In this document: positions 38,961 through 49,203 of the stretch, piece by piece | How the letters are laid out: each line of letters begins with the position of its first letter | Position numbering within the stretch: the stretch's first letter is position 1 | From: Blastopirellula marina | GTDB lineage: Bacteria; Planctomycetota; Planctomycetia; Pirellulales; Thermoguttaceae | Assembly (NCBI GenBank): GCA_020721965.1 | Contig: DYLS01000004.1 | Location: 9,091 to 73,090, forward strand | Direction: 5' to 3' | Length of the DNA stretch: 64,000 nucleotides | Notes under the pieces: generated by a model | Databases searched by the model: none | Seen by the model: only the letters and a program-made list of their open reading frames with translations | What the model was told of the DNA's origin: nothing | Program-made: the position numbers and the translations under genes

Positions 38961-40622
38961 ATGAAAAACGTGCCGGAAAACGAACTGTTCAGTGCCTATC
39001 TCGACGGTGAACTCACCGCCGACGAGCAGGCGCAAATGGAACGTTTGTTGGCCGGCAGCGAGTCCGCGCGAAAGCTCCTGGAAGACCTGCGTGCTCAGGC
39101 GAACCTCCTCCAATCGCTACCTCGCATCGGCGTCCCGGTCGATCTCTCTGAGCGGATTTTGGGCGAGATCGCTGGGCGTAAAAGCATGGAGCGTCAAGAC
39201 CCGGCACCTCTCCAGACCGCAGGCTCAGAGCCCGAGCCGATCCCGTCCATCGTTTCGGTGAGCAGAGATCAGGCGCCGTCGCAAATCTGGCCCAGCAGTG
39301 ACGCGAATACCCCCTGGAATCCCGCTGCGATACTCCGCAGATTGGCCCGGCCCCGCAATTTGGGCTGGGCACTCATCGCGGCGTCGTTAGCCGCCGTGAT
39401 TTTCCTGATGGATGTTGCCCGGCAGTTTCACGATCGGCGAGAGGGCAATCTGGCTTTTGCCCCCAACCAAGAGGCCCCGGCCACCTCTCCCGTCGATTCC
39501 AGCCTGGAGATGCCGCCCTTGCCGGCCGACACATCCATGGGTGCCGCCGAAGCTGCCCGGGGTGCTGCCCCCGAAACGGGCACCCTAGCCGTTGCCCGGT
39601 CGCGGGGTACAGCAAACAATGATTTGCCTTCTCCCGAAGTTATGGTCTCGAATCATCCAGATGCCCCACCATCGGGACAACGCGTCGCAACCATGGGGGC
39701 CAACGCAATCGAGGGAGTCGCCCCTTCCGAAGCGGAAATGACCGCCGTTCCCGACGAAAGTGGAGGCAGCGTAGGGGGTCGGATGGCCTCACCGGCGACC
39801 GTTCCAGCACCGTTAACCGCCGATGCCTTGGCAGCTCGCGGGCCTGCTCCTGGCGGCGATGAACAGGTCTCGATTCTACGGCAATACGAGGTTCGGGGCT
39901 TGCCGCAGATGCCGCAAATGCCACAGGCCATTCCGGTCGAAATCGTCTGCCGTTTGATGCCGCAAGCGGACCCCCATGCGGTAGCCGCCCGGGTGGTTCA
40001 GCGCCGCAATTCCGTCCCGGATGCCACCGATTCGTACAGCGGCTGGGAGTTTGCCGCGGCCCAGACGCCCGCTCCCGGTCCAGGGGCGTTGTCCCGTCGG
40101 TCGGCTGCGAGGGCTGCCCCGCCTCCAGATGATGTGACTCAAAAGTCTCATAGTCCCCAGCAGATGCCGCTTGGCCCGGGTATTCGCATTCATGATGAGT
40201 CCGGCGAAGGCGACGGGGCGGTGATCGTCGAATTCACCGGCACGTTGCCACAGATCGAGGCGGTGCTGGCTGAGTTGGAACGCGAGCCGGACCAGGTGGC
40301 CCAAATCACGCTACCCACCTCGTTGGGGCTGGTGCAAGACCGTATCCGACGGGCGGCGCGTACGCCGACGTCTGCTGAAGGGGCCGAAGCACTCCGTTCT
40401 GGCCCAATGGCGGCCATCCCCCCGGCCCGGCTGGGTGCTAGTGCCAGCGCCGACAGCGTACCTGACCAGCGAGCTGATTTCCCTGCACCGTCGGATGGAC
40501 CGTCTCGCCAAACCGATACCTCTTCCCTTTACCGCGTAACGATCCGGCTGCTACCATCAGCCCCCCAGGCTGGCGGACCGTCCCAAGACCCGGGGCCTTC
40601 CCCGACCCCAGAAAAGCGGTAA
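38961..40622 (+). CDS. Anti-sigma factor (ASD N-terminus without HxxxCxxC, one TM helix, long low-complexity extracytoplasmic part)
   Basis: ELFSAYLDGELTADEQAQMERLL; TM WALIAASLAAVIFLM; lies directly downstream of the ECF sigma gene. Confidence 0.85.
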   Translation: MKNVPENELFSAYLDGELTADEQAQMERLLAGSESARKLLEDLRAQANLLQSLPRIGVPVDLSERILGEIAGRKSMERQDPAPLQTAGSEPEPIPSIVSVSRDQAPSQIWPSSDANTPWNPAAILRRLARPRNLGWALIAASLAAVIFLMDVARQFHDRREGNLAFAPNQEAPATSPVDSSLEMPPLPADTSMGAAEAARGAAPETGTLAVARSRGTANNDLPSPEVMVSNHPDAPPSGQRVATMGANAIEGVAPSEAEMTAVPDESGGSVGGRMASPATVPAPLTADALAARGPAPGGDEQVSILRQYEVRGLPQMPQMPQAIPVEIVCRLMPQADPHAVAARVVQRRNSVPDATDSYSGWEFAAAQTPAPGPGALSRRSAARAAPPPDDVTQKSHSPQQMPLGPGIRIHDESGEGDGAVIVEFTGTLPQIEAVLAELEREPDQVAQITLPTSLGLVQDRIRRAARTPTSAEGAEALRSGPMAAIPPARLGASASADSVPDQRADFPAPSDGPSRQTDTSSLYRVTIRLLPSAPQAGGPSQDPGPSPTPEKR

Positions 40623-40643
40623 GCCCGGGTGCGTGCTCCCTCG

Positions 40644-40787
40644 GCAATCGTTCACGGGACATTCTGGGTGTCACGCGGCGTCAACTGCGGCATCTTGCGG
40701 TTCCCTTGAGCCCTCGGCGGCTATGAGGGCAGAATCCCGCCGTGCAGCATCGTCCCATGGGATCTAAGCAAACGGGGGAACGGGTAC
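40644..40787. mobile_element. MITE family A, degenerate 144-bp copy (inverted)
   Basis: GCAATCGTTCACGGGACATTCTGGGT is the reverse complement of the family end (22/26 vs 52681-52706); the other end is GGGGGAACGGGTAC (10/14). An 11-bp tandem duplication (GCCGATAGCTA x2, 40788-40809) abuts it. Confidence 0.7.
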
Positions 40788-40939
40788 GCCGATAGCTAGC
40801 CGATAGCTAGCATTGCCAAGACCAGCATGGTACCCTGTTGATAAGGTGCGGCGGGAGCGAACTGAGAGGGCGGCACGCGGGGGGGACGGTGTGGGCGATT
40901 TTTCCGCCGGTGGCCCCGCCCTTTTCGGAATTCCTCACC

Positions 40940-42469
40940 ATGACGGTCGAACAGTTTCTCGAGCTTGTCCTACGTAGCCAACTGGTGGAACGCGACCAGT
41001 TGCAGCGGTTCCTGGCCCAACTGCCTCCCGACGTAAACCAGGCGACCGTCAGCGCGGAGGAAATGGCAAACCATCTGTGCCATGCCGGGCTGCTGACCCA
41101 ATGGCAAAGTCAGAAGCTGCTGGAAGGCCGTTACAAGGGCTTTTTCCTCGGCAAATATCGCCTGCTCGATCATCTGGGAACCGGCGGGATGAGCAGCGTG
41201 TACTTGGCCGAGCACGTGCTGATGCAGCGCCGGGTCGCGATCAAGGTCCTCCCCAAGCACCGGGTGCAAGATTCGTCCTATCTGGCGAGATTCCACCGCG
41301 AAGCCCAGGCGGCCGCCGCCCTGGATCATCGGAACATCGTCCGGGCGTACGACGTGGACAACGACAGCGTCAATCACTATCTCGTCATGGAATACGTGGA
41401 AGGGCAGGACCTTCAGCGCATGGTGCGACAAAGCGGACCGTTGCCGTTCCATCTGGCGGCGGACTACATCCGACAGGCCGCGGAGGGACTGGCCCACGCC
41501 CATCAGGCCGGCCTCATCCATCGCGATGTCAAGCCCGCTAATCTCCTCGTGGACGCAAAAGGGACGATCAAGGTCCTAGATTTGGGGCTGGCCCGATTCA
41601 CCAGTGACGAGGCAGCCTCCTTGACCGTCGCCTATGATGAGAATGTTCTGGGAACCGCCGACTACCTCGCTCCGGAGCAAGCGATCGACAGCCACGGCGT
41701 CGATGCCCGCGCCGACATCTATAGCTTGGGCTGCACACTGTATTTCCTTCTGACTGGCAGGCCTCCTTTTCCCGATGGTACGTTACCGCAGCGGCTGATG
41801 AAACACCAAAGGGAGATGCCGCCGGAGATTCGCACGCTTCGCCCGGACGTCCCCGCCGATCTGGCCGCCATCTGCTTCCAGATGATGGCGAAAAAACCGG
41901 CTGACCGCTATGCTTTAGCGGGGCAAGTTGCGGCTGTGCTGACCAAGTGGCTGCTCGATCACGGGTTTACCGTTGCCGACGGCGGCAGCCGCGGCAGCGC
42001 CATCGCCCAGGGCCTGCGCGAGCAACCTCGCCCCGCCTCGCCCATGTCGCCCAGCTCCACCAAACGCCTCCCATCAGCCAAGCCGTTGCCCAGTGGCGGC
42101 CCGCAAACCCCGGTCAACCCCACACTACGAGCCCCCGCGGTACCCACCACGGCAACCGGGACAAGAGCGGCACCTACCACTGCTGAGACCACCGCCAAGA
42201 ACGGAGGCGCGGCTCAAGATGGCTCTGGCAAAGGACGCGGGTTGCCGGTTGCCAAGCCCCTCACGCAGCCCGAAACCGAGCCACCGTCTGAGGAATACCC
42301 GGGCCTGCATATCACGGAAGATCCTCTTTTGAACCTTGTCCGTTCCGGACACGTGACAGGGAGAGGCCGCTCCAGCGCCGCCCTGGCACCGTGGTGGCTT
42401 TGGGCCATCGGCGGAGTTGGCTTGATCATCTCCGCGGCACTGGCTGCTTACCTTCTCCTCTCCCGGTAA
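40940..42469 (+). CDS. Hanks-type Ser/Thr protein kinase with a Pro-rich linker and C-terminal TM anchor
   Basis: [48 protein letters not shown]; C-terminal [23 protein letters not shown]. Start moved to MTVEQF (40940). Confidence 0.96.
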   Translation: MTVEQFLELVLRSQLVERDQLQRFLAQLPPDVNQATVSAEEMANHLCHAGLLTQWQSQKLLEGRYKGFFLGKYRLLDHLGTGGMSSVYLAEHVLMQRRVAIKVLPKHRVQDSSYLARFHREAQAAAALDHRNIVRAYDVDNDSVNHYLVMEYVEGQDLQRMVRQSGPLPFHLAADYIRQAAEGLAHAHQAGLIHRDVKPANLLVDAKGTIKVLDLGLARFTSDEAASLTVAYDENVLGTADYLAPEQAIDSHGVDARADIYSLGCTLYFLLTGRPPFPDGTLPQRLMKHQREMPPEIRTLRPDVPADLAAICFQMMAKKPADRYALAGQVAAVLTKWLLDHGFTVADGGSRGSAIAQGLREQPRPASPMSPSSTKRLPSAKPLPSGGPQTPVNPTLRAPAVPTTATGTRAAPTTAETTAKNGGAAQDGSGKGRGLPVAKPLTQPETEPPSEEYPGLHITEDPLLNLVRSGHVTGRGRSSAALAPWWLWAIGGVGLIISAALAAYLLLSR

Positions 42470-42579
42470 TGAGGAGATACCCTCCCCCAATGATGAGGAG
42501 ATACCGTCTCGCAATGGCGACGAGATACCGTCTCCCCGTGATGACGAGATATCCTCTCCCGGTGATGAAGAGATCGGCC
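42460..42579 (+). repeat. 24-bp tandem repeat x5 straddling the kinase stop codon
   Basis: GAGAT(A/C) recurs at 42474, 42498, 42522, 42546 and 42570. Confidence 0.85.
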
Positions 42580-42652
42580 GCCGGCCGGTGTCTCCCCGCT
42601 GTTTCGGGAGGTGATTGCCGCCTTGACTGCCTGCCTACCCGGTCTCCATGGG

Positions 42653-42805
42653 GTAACCGCTCCCGGGTGGAATCATGCGAAACCGGAATGATTTCCTGAC
42701 CCGTGGGGCAAAAACGCTCTGCTCGCGGCCGGCGATTCCTCGACAACACCACAAGCTGCGGAGATCGACCCGGTGCGATACCCCGAATGTTCCGGGAACG
42801 GTTAC
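42653..42805. mobile_element. MITE family A, 153-bp copy
   Basis: GTAACCGCTCCCGG (42653) ... ACCCCGAATGTTCCGGGAACGGTTAC (42805); flanks TCCATGGG / TCTACGGT (5/8, decayed TSD). Confidence 0.85.
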
Positions 42806-42884
42806 TCTACGGTAGCCCATCGCCCGGCCTGCACCACGTTTCGGCGGTCCGGCAGCCGGATTGCAGGGATCACGATGCCCGGTT

Positions 42885-43967
42885 TCAGTGACCGCTTTCC
42901 ATCAAGACGGGAAGGCGGCTGAAAAGATAGAAGGGACGCGGGACCGCGGCGTCGAGCAATATGCGCCAGTCCCATTCCGAATGCGGCAACCGGCTGGTCA
43001 TCGTATCTCCCAGCATCAATTCGACCAGGGAAGGCTCACGGGCGTATCGGACGACGTTGACGTCGTCGGGATTCAGCCCCGCCAATTCGATGGCCCGATT
43101 CACGGCATCCTCCAGGAAACCGATTTCATCGACCAGCCCCGCCTCCTTGGCCTGGAGGGCAGTGAAAACCTGACCCGTGGCCAGCTTATCCAATTCGCCC
43201 GGCTTTTGCTGAAACCGCGGTCGGCCTTCGCGGACGATCTCCTTGAATCGGGTGAAGCTGTCATCTACCAATTGCTGGAAGATGGCCCGTTCCTCTTCCG
43301 TCATTGGCCGTAATGGGCTGCCCATCCCCTTCAGCCGGTGGCTGGCGATCGAGTCCTCTTTGACTCCCAGCTTGTCGGCCAGGTCCGTGGCGTCGTAATG
43401 CGGGATGATCACCCCGATCGAACCCGTCCAGGTGGTCGGTTCCGCGAAAATGCTTTTGGGCGTATCTCCCACCGCCATCGAAATGTAATAACCGCCGCTG
43501 GCGGCCACGGAGCCCATGCTCACCACCACCGGGAGGTTCCGTTCCTCCCGCATCTTCTTCAAGTGATGCAGGATGAAATCCGAGCCGGTCACGGTACCGC
43601 CCGGCGAGTCCACTCGCAGCACCACGGCTTTGACGTTTTGGTCCTGCTTTACCTGATCGATCTGATCCTTGGCAAACCCCTCGCCATCCAGAATCAACCC
43701 TTCCAAAGAGAGAATGGCCACCTTATCCGAAGCCGACGCATTGTGCGAGAAGTGCTCTTCTTTTACCTTGCTCGGCTCGAATCCCGACAGCCCCAAGGCA
43801 CCCAAGAGGATGATGTTGAAGAAAACAGAACCTATCAACAGCGCTACCAGAAGTACAATCACCAGCGACCGCCACGGGCTGGGCGGCCGGTAAAAGGGGT
43901 GGATGTACGGCGGGACCATCCGTGCGGTGACAACATCGTCCGGTGGAAGGTTGGAACTCATCATCAC
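42885..43967 (-). CDS. sppA: Signal peptide peptidase SppA (S49)
   Basis: VVLRVDSPGGTVTGSD, VSMGSVAASGGYYI, TWTGSIGV, GLVDEIG. Confidence 0.95.
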   Translation of the reverse strand: MMMSSNLPPDDVVTARMVPPYIHPFYRPPSPWRSLVIVLLVALLIGSVFFNIILLGALGLSGFEPSKVKEEHFSHNASASDKVAILSLEGLILDGEGFAKDQIDQVKQDQNVKAVVLRVDSPGGTVTGSDFILHHLKKMREERNLPVVVSMGSVAASGGYYISMAVGDTPKSIFAEPTTWTGSIGVIIPHYDATDLADKLGVKEDSIASHRLKGMGSPLRPMTEEERAIFQQLVDDSFTRFKEIVREGRPRFQQKPGELDKLATGQVFTALQAKEAGLVDEIGFLEDAVNRAIELAGLNPDDVNVVRYAREPSLVELMLGDTMTSRLPHSEWDWRILLDAAVPRPFYLFSRLPVLMESGH

Positions 43968-44549
43968 AGCTCACCCATTCCATGTCACAACAAATACGAA
44001 ACGTCGTTTGCACCCCTTAACTGAAGGGGACAGGGCATCATCACGATCACGCATGGCACCGCCACACGCGGCCCCGTTTTCCCGCCCGCACGACCAAATT
44101 TGCAGGACGCGGCAGCGCAACCCCGCAGCGGGCATCCATGTTATTGTAGCTCACGGGGCCGGGCGAGACCCTCCGGGTGGCCGAATTCGCCGCCAACAGA
44201 ACAGGCTATTGGGCCTGACTGCGGCAAGCAAGCGTTGCAATATTCCCCAAAAACCGGGCGACGGCGTCACCCCTCGCACCGGCTTCAACCGTTTTAGCGC
44301 TACAGCGTTGGGTTGCTCTCAACATCTTGTGGTGATGCGAAACCACGCATTGGAACGTATGGTGGGCGCATCATGCAGGCACACCGACTTTGCGCTGTAG
44401 GATTAGGCACCCGCTCACCGGCCGGGGTTCGACCGCCGCTAGCTTCTTTCAGATTACACAGACTCGTTATACGGACTCGACTGTGGCGATTTTTACAGAC
44501 TCGACCGAGGCTCTCCGCGCCGGTCGCCGCTTGCAAAATCGACTTCCTG

Positions 44550-44716
44550 ACTGGACTTTTACAAATTGGGTTCACAAGCTCCGCTCTCCCCTCGCGGGAT
44601 TGGGAAAAGACGGCAGTTTACTGCGAAAACCGCCTTTCCTGTTTTTCTGAATCACCCAGAGTTTCAGTTTGTCGCACTCTCTCAGGGGGAGAGCGAACAA
44701 TTTGCAAAAGTCCAGT
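44550..44716. mobile_element. MITE family B (167 bp), copy 3
   Basis: ACTGGACTTTTACAAA ... TTTGCAAAAGTCCAGT; exactly 167 bp; 28 bp downstream of the GH2 stop. Confidence 0.88.
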
Positions 44717-44744
44717 TGCCGAGCGAATCTGCCGAGGCAGCGTG

Positions 44745-46967
44745 TTACGGGGTCGCCTCTTCCACCACGACCAACCCCACGTCGATATACTGACCGCCCC
44801 CCGTTTGCCGGCAGTGGACCGCCAGGACGTTCTTTCCAACTTTTAGCACACCGGCCACGGCGGGATCGAGCGGTACGATCTGATAGTTCGTGGTGTAGCC
44901 CTTCAATGCCGCGACTTTCTGCCCGTTGAGATAGACTTCGGCGTCTTCGTCGTGATGGATGAGGAGTTCGATTTCCGCCTGCTGCGGGATGGTAGGCAAG
45001 TCGAACGTCCGCCGAATCCAGATATCACTGGTATTCCACGGCGTGCGGACGACAGCGCCGGGTGTCCCCTCCGCTCCAAAACCGCCGGGGCCGTCCTTCC
45101 AAGCCGAATCGTCGAAGTCGGCCCTCATCCACTCCCCCGATGGTGCTTCCAGCGCGTATCGCCAGGACTGCGGTTCTCGTTCCGAGGTCGGCACGATTAG
45201 GGAGACCTTGGGCGGGGGCAAAAAGAGCTTGCTCGCGGCAGCCGCGGCACGTTCTACATCGACTTTCGCGATCTCACGATCGTAAGTCATCAGCCCATTG
45301 ACCTCGATCTCAACGTCCGAAGTCTGCGTGTAGACCGCGGCACACAAGCCTTGTCCGATGAGCGGTCGCAGCCTGCCAAGCAGATTCACGTAGGCATCGG
45401 TCAGGCTCTTCGGATCGGGAAAGGCCACGTAACCCCAGTTCTTTTCGTCCTGCCAAGTGTGACCGGACAGGGGAAGGCCCAGGCCTCCGAATTCTCCCAG
45501 TACAGAGGCACGGCGTTCTTCCACGGGCCGCATGCCAGGTCCCGGATAGTTGTGCATGTCAGAGAGATCCCCGCAGCCATTGTCGGTCCAACCGCTGGCC
45601 TCGTTGACCAGGCGGCTCGGGTCGTACTCCTTGATCCAGGCGACCGTGTCGCAGGTGTCGTGCTGCCCCCAGCCCTCGTTGAAGGGTACCCAAACGACGA
45701 TGCTGGGGTGATTCCGCCGGGCATCGATCATGGCCTGCAACTCCCGTCGAAAATTGGCCTTGCTGGCGGCATTCCGGCCGCTGTCACCGGAGGGCATGTC
45801 TTGCCAAACCAGCAAGCCCAACCGATCACACCAGTAATACCACCGTTCCGGCTCGCACTTGACATGCTTGCGTGCCATGTTCATGCCGTATTTCTTGGTC
45901 ATTTCGATGTCATAGCGCAGCGCCTCATCGCAAGGCGCGGTGTACAGTCCATCCGGCCACCACCCCTGGTCGAGCGGTCCGAACTGGAACACGGCCTTGC
46001 CATTGAGCATCAAGCGTGGGATCCCGTGTTCGTCCTTGGCCACCTCGATCTTTCGCATCCCGAAGTAACCCCGGACCTCGTCCAAGGTCCGCTCGCCCTC
46101 CAGCAACGTAACCCTTAAGTCATACAAATTGGGTTCATCGGGCCACCACAATTTGGGATTATCCATCGTGATCGTGACGACCTCGCCGGAGTGCCCTTCG
46201 GCCTGCGACACTGCCCGCCCCTCCCAGAGGGCTTCCACCCGCACCGGACGCACCTCCGACGCCTGCACCGTCACCAAAACCGCTCGACGATCCAGATCGG
46301 GCACGATCTTCATCCCCTGGATGTACACGGCCGGAACGGTTTCCAGCCAAACGGTCTGCCAAATGCCGGTCACCGCCGTGTACCAAATACCGTTCGGTTG
46401 CAATACCTGCTTGCCACGCGGCTGCGCACCGCTATCGGTGGGATCCCACACCGCAACGATCAGCTCATTCTCCCCCGGCTTGAGTGCGGACGTGGCGTCG
46501 AACGTGAATGGATCGTAGCCGCCCGAGTGCTCCCCCAGGCGGGTACCGTTCAACCAGACCACGGCCTGCCAATCGACGGCGCCAAAATGCAACAGGAGCC
46601 GCTGGCCGTCGCTCAGCTTCGGTGCCGGGAACGTGCGGCGATACCACAATCGTTGATCGGGGGAGACGGGCTTGCGGACGCCGCTTAGTGCCGACTCCAC
46701 CGCAAACGGCACCAAGATTTTCCCGTCCCAGGACTCCGGCCTGCCAGCGTCGCGGTGAACGATCGCGTACTCCCAAAGCCCGTTGAGATTCGTCCAGTCG
46801 GGACGAACCATGGTGGGCCGCGGATACTCGGGCCAAACCCGATCCGGTGCCAGATCCTTGGCCCAGCGGGTGAAGAGTGGACTGTCCGCGGGTTTCCAAT
46901 CCTGCGCCGAGACCGCCCCCCATGACAGGATGCCCGTGACCAACGTCATCGCTAGTCGTTTCATCAT
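44745..46967 (-). CDS. Exported glycoside hydrolase family 2 with a C-terminal galactose-binding-like domain
   Basis: PEYPRP, LHFGAVDW, GIWQTVWLE, DQGWWPDG, RKHVK, WVPFNEGWGQ (acid/base), GEFGG (nucleophile), YTQTSDVE. Confidence 0.93.
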   Translation of the reverse strand: MMKRLAMTLVTGILSWGAVSAQDWKPADSPLFTRWAKDLAPDRVWPEYPRPTMVRPDWTNLNGLWEYAIVHRDAGRPESWDGKILVPFAVESALSGVRKPVSPDQRLWYRRTFPAPKLSDGQRLLLHFGAVDWQAVVWLNGTRLGEHSGGYDPFTFDATSALKPGENELIVAVWDPTDSGAQPRGKQVLQPNGIWYTAVTGIWQTVWLETVPAVYIQGMKIVPDLDRRAVLVTVQASEVRPVRVEALWEGRAVSQAEGHSGEVVTITMDNPKLWWPDEPNLYDLRVTLLEGERTLDEVRGYFGMRKIEVAKDEHGIPRLMLNGKAVFQFGPLDQGWWPDGLYTAPCDEALRYDIEMTKKYGMNMARKHVKCEPERWYYWCDRLGLLVWQDMPSGDSGRNAASKANFRRELQAMIDARRNHPSIVVWVPFNEGWGQHDTCDTVAWIKEYDPSRLVNEASGWTDNGCGDLSDMHNYPGPGMRPVEERRASVLGEFGGLGLPLSGHTWQDEKNWGYVAFPDPKSLTDAYVNLLGRLRPLIGQGLCAAVYTQTSDVEIEVNGLMTYDREIAKVDVERAAAAASKLFLPPPKVSLIVPTSEREPQSWRYALEAPSGEWMRADFDDSAWKDGPGGFGAEGTPGAVVRTPWNTSDIWIRRTFDLPTIPQQAEIELLIHHDEDAEVYLNGQKVAALKGYTTNYQIVPLDPAVAGVLKVGKNVLAVHCRQTGGGQYIDVGLVVVEEATP

Positions 46968-46980
46968 CGCTCACAACCTT

Positions 46981-47093
46981 TCGTAGTGCAGCTCTCGTCG
47001 TAGTGCAGCTCTCGATGTGGCTTTGGCTACGGCACGTACCGTCGCTCCGGCATCGAACTTCCGTCGTTGATGCCTACAGCCGTCGTTGATGCC
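46981..47093 (+). repeat. Two short tandem duplications upstream of the GH2 gene
   Basis: TCGTAGTGCAGCTCTCG x2 (46981-47014, perfect); CCGTCGTTGATGCC at 47061 and 47080. Confidence 0.8.
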
Positions 47094-47671
47094 AACGGAT
47101 CGCGACCGGACAAAACTTCAGGATATGTAGCGGGAATGAGCGACGCAAGCAACAAAAGCGCAAAACATTCGCACTTTTGCGCACATCATCGCGGACCTAT
47201 TTCACACGATTCTGAACCGCAAGCACGCAGCTAAAATTCACCCGGTCACGATGCCATTCCTCGACCGGCTGCATGAGGGACCGTCGAACCGGTTAACAGG
47301 GCCAGGTACACTTCAACCGCTATTCAAGCTCCTATCAGAAAGGCGGAAAGCGCGGAAGGCCCTGGTTCTTCGCTAAAAAGGGCGTTCTCTCAGGACGAAA
47401 ACCTTTCCAGGTTATCCGAGAATCTGGGGAAAATGTAATATTCTGAAAAGACAGGCTTTTTCGTATCGGGCATTTGGACGATGCATGAATGCAGTCGAAT
47501 TTCCATCGGAAAGGCAACTGCGCCGGGCTCCTATCCCTTTTCGGTTGAGGAAACAAGCTCCTCCCGTTGCGGGAAAAGAGCCTCCCGCGAGGCGGAGGAC
47601 CCGCCATCCGGTGGACGGGATGAGGGGAAGTTAAGGACGGGTCGTAGAGTCTCAATCACGGAGGACGCGAA

Positions 47672-49075
47672 ATGCGAAGGTTGAACAAGAAGTGGGGATT
47701 GCTTGGAGGATGCCTGGGCGTCCTGATCTTTGCCCCTTGGGCAGGTGCGCAAGGATTGCAGGATTTGCGGCCCATTGATCCTTCTTACATGGTGAGCAGT
47801 AGCTACACGTCGGCCGAACCGCAGGGCACGACCCAAGATGAGCTGGCACAGCGGGTAGCAGAACTGGAAAAGGCCTTGGGAGACATCCAGGCCAAGCAAG
47901 CCGCAGACAAGAAAAAGGCGGCAAGCAAAATGTCCGTCGCGGTCGAGGGTCGTGCTTATGCGGACGCCGTGTACTTCGACCAAAGCGCGGGAAGCATGGC
48001 CACCTTTGGAGATGCACAGGACACCGTGCAATTCAGCAAAGCCCGCTTGGGTGCCCACGGCGAGGGCTTCGATGTCTTCAACTATGCGATCGAAGTCGAC
48101 TTCGCTGGCCGGGACAGCACCAATGATCAGTCCACGTCGTTCAAGGATGTTTACCTGGGCATTCGGGATCTGCCCTGGCTCTCTAGGGTTCAAATCGGAC
48201 ATTTCAAGGAGCCGTTCAGCCTGGAAGAGCTGACCAGCAGCCGCTACATCACCTTCATGGAGCGAAGCCTGGCGAACGTCTTTTCCCCTGCCCGTAACAT
48301 GGGGATCGCTTCCTACCGCGTCTCGGAGAACGAGCGATTCACTTTCGCCTTTGGCGGTTTCCGCACGATCGGCGACAAACCTCCCTACGCCTCGGACGAC
48401 GACGGTGGTTACACCTTCACGATGCGTGGGACCTATTTGCCCTGGTATGACGAGGCCACCAACGGTCGCGGCCTGCTGCACTTGGGACTGGGCTATAGTT
48501 ACCGCGACGTGGATCATCCCACGCAACGTATTCGAACCCATGCCGAAACCGCAGTCGGGCCGTACATCCTGGATACGGGCAACATCACGGACGTGGAGGA
48601 TTTTCAATTGCTGAATCCCGAAATCGCGTTCGTGTACGGTCCATTCTCCGTTCAATCCGAGTACATCGCCGCCTTCTATAATCGCGCTGGAGCGGACGCT
48701 GACTTCCACGCCGCCTACATCCAAGCAAGCTACTTCCTGACCGGCGAGAACCGCGTCTACGATCGAAAGAAGGCTGCCTTCGCGCGTGTCAAGCCGTACG
48801 AGAATTTCTTCCGCGTTCGCACCTGCGATGGCAACATCGAGATGGGCAAAGGCGCCTGGGAGCTGGCCTATCGCTACTCCTGGCTGGATCTGGACGATGC
48901 CGATGTCCACATCTTCGGCGGCAACAGCAGCGACCACACCGTGGGAGTCAATTGGTATCTCAACCCGTACATGCGCTTGATGTTCAACTACGTCTATGCC
49001 CAAGTCAGCCCGAACAACAACTTGGCTGACAGCGACCTGAGCGTGTTCCAAATGAGGGCCCAGTTCGACTTCTGA
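47672..49075 (+). CDS. OprO/OprP-family (phosphate-selective) porin
   Basis: Signal peptide and coiled coil; IGHFKEPFSLEELTSSRYITFMERSL, WELAYRYSWLDL, GVNWYLNPYMRLMFNY, C-terminal QFDF. Confidence 0.93.
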   Translation: MRRLNKKWGLLGGCLGVLIFAPWAGAQGLQDLRPIDPSYMVSSSYTSAEPQGTTQDELAQRVAELEKALGDIQAKQAADKKKAASKMSVAVEGRAYADAVYFDQSAGSMATFGDAQDTVQFSKARLGAHGEGFDVFNYAIEVDFAGRDSTNDQSTSFKDVYLGIRDLPWLSRVQIGHFKEPFSLEELTSSRYITFMERSLANVFSPARNMGIASYRVSENERFTFAFGGFRTIGDKPPYASDDDGGYTFTMRGTYLPWYDEATNGRGLLHLGLGYSYRDVDHPTQRIRTHAETAVGPYILDTGNITDVEDFQLLNPEIAFVYGPFSVQSEYIAAFYNRAGADADFHAAYIQASYFLTGENRVYDRKKAAFARVKPYENFFRVRTCDGNIEMGKGAWELAYRYSWLDLDDADVHIFGGNSSDHTVGVNWYLNPYMRLMFNYVYAQVSPNNNLADSDLSVFQMRAQFDF

Positions 49076-49203
49076 GACCATCGACTTCTGAGACGATTGG
49101 TGAAGTCGGACATCCTCTAACTTTCCCGGAGAATCCAAGGTTAATTGGACACAGGCAAAATCAGCGGTATCAAATACCGCCCCGCTGAAAAGGAGTGTAA
49201 ACC

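Noticed and set aside
42460-42579. CRISPR array
   Set aside because: Units are head-to-tail with no unique spacers and no cas genes are present; the same applies to 34709-34778 and 50886-50980.
44400-44450. tRNA-like GGTTCGA motif (44426-44432)
   Set aside because: I could not build an acceptor stem, D-arm or anticodon arm around it.
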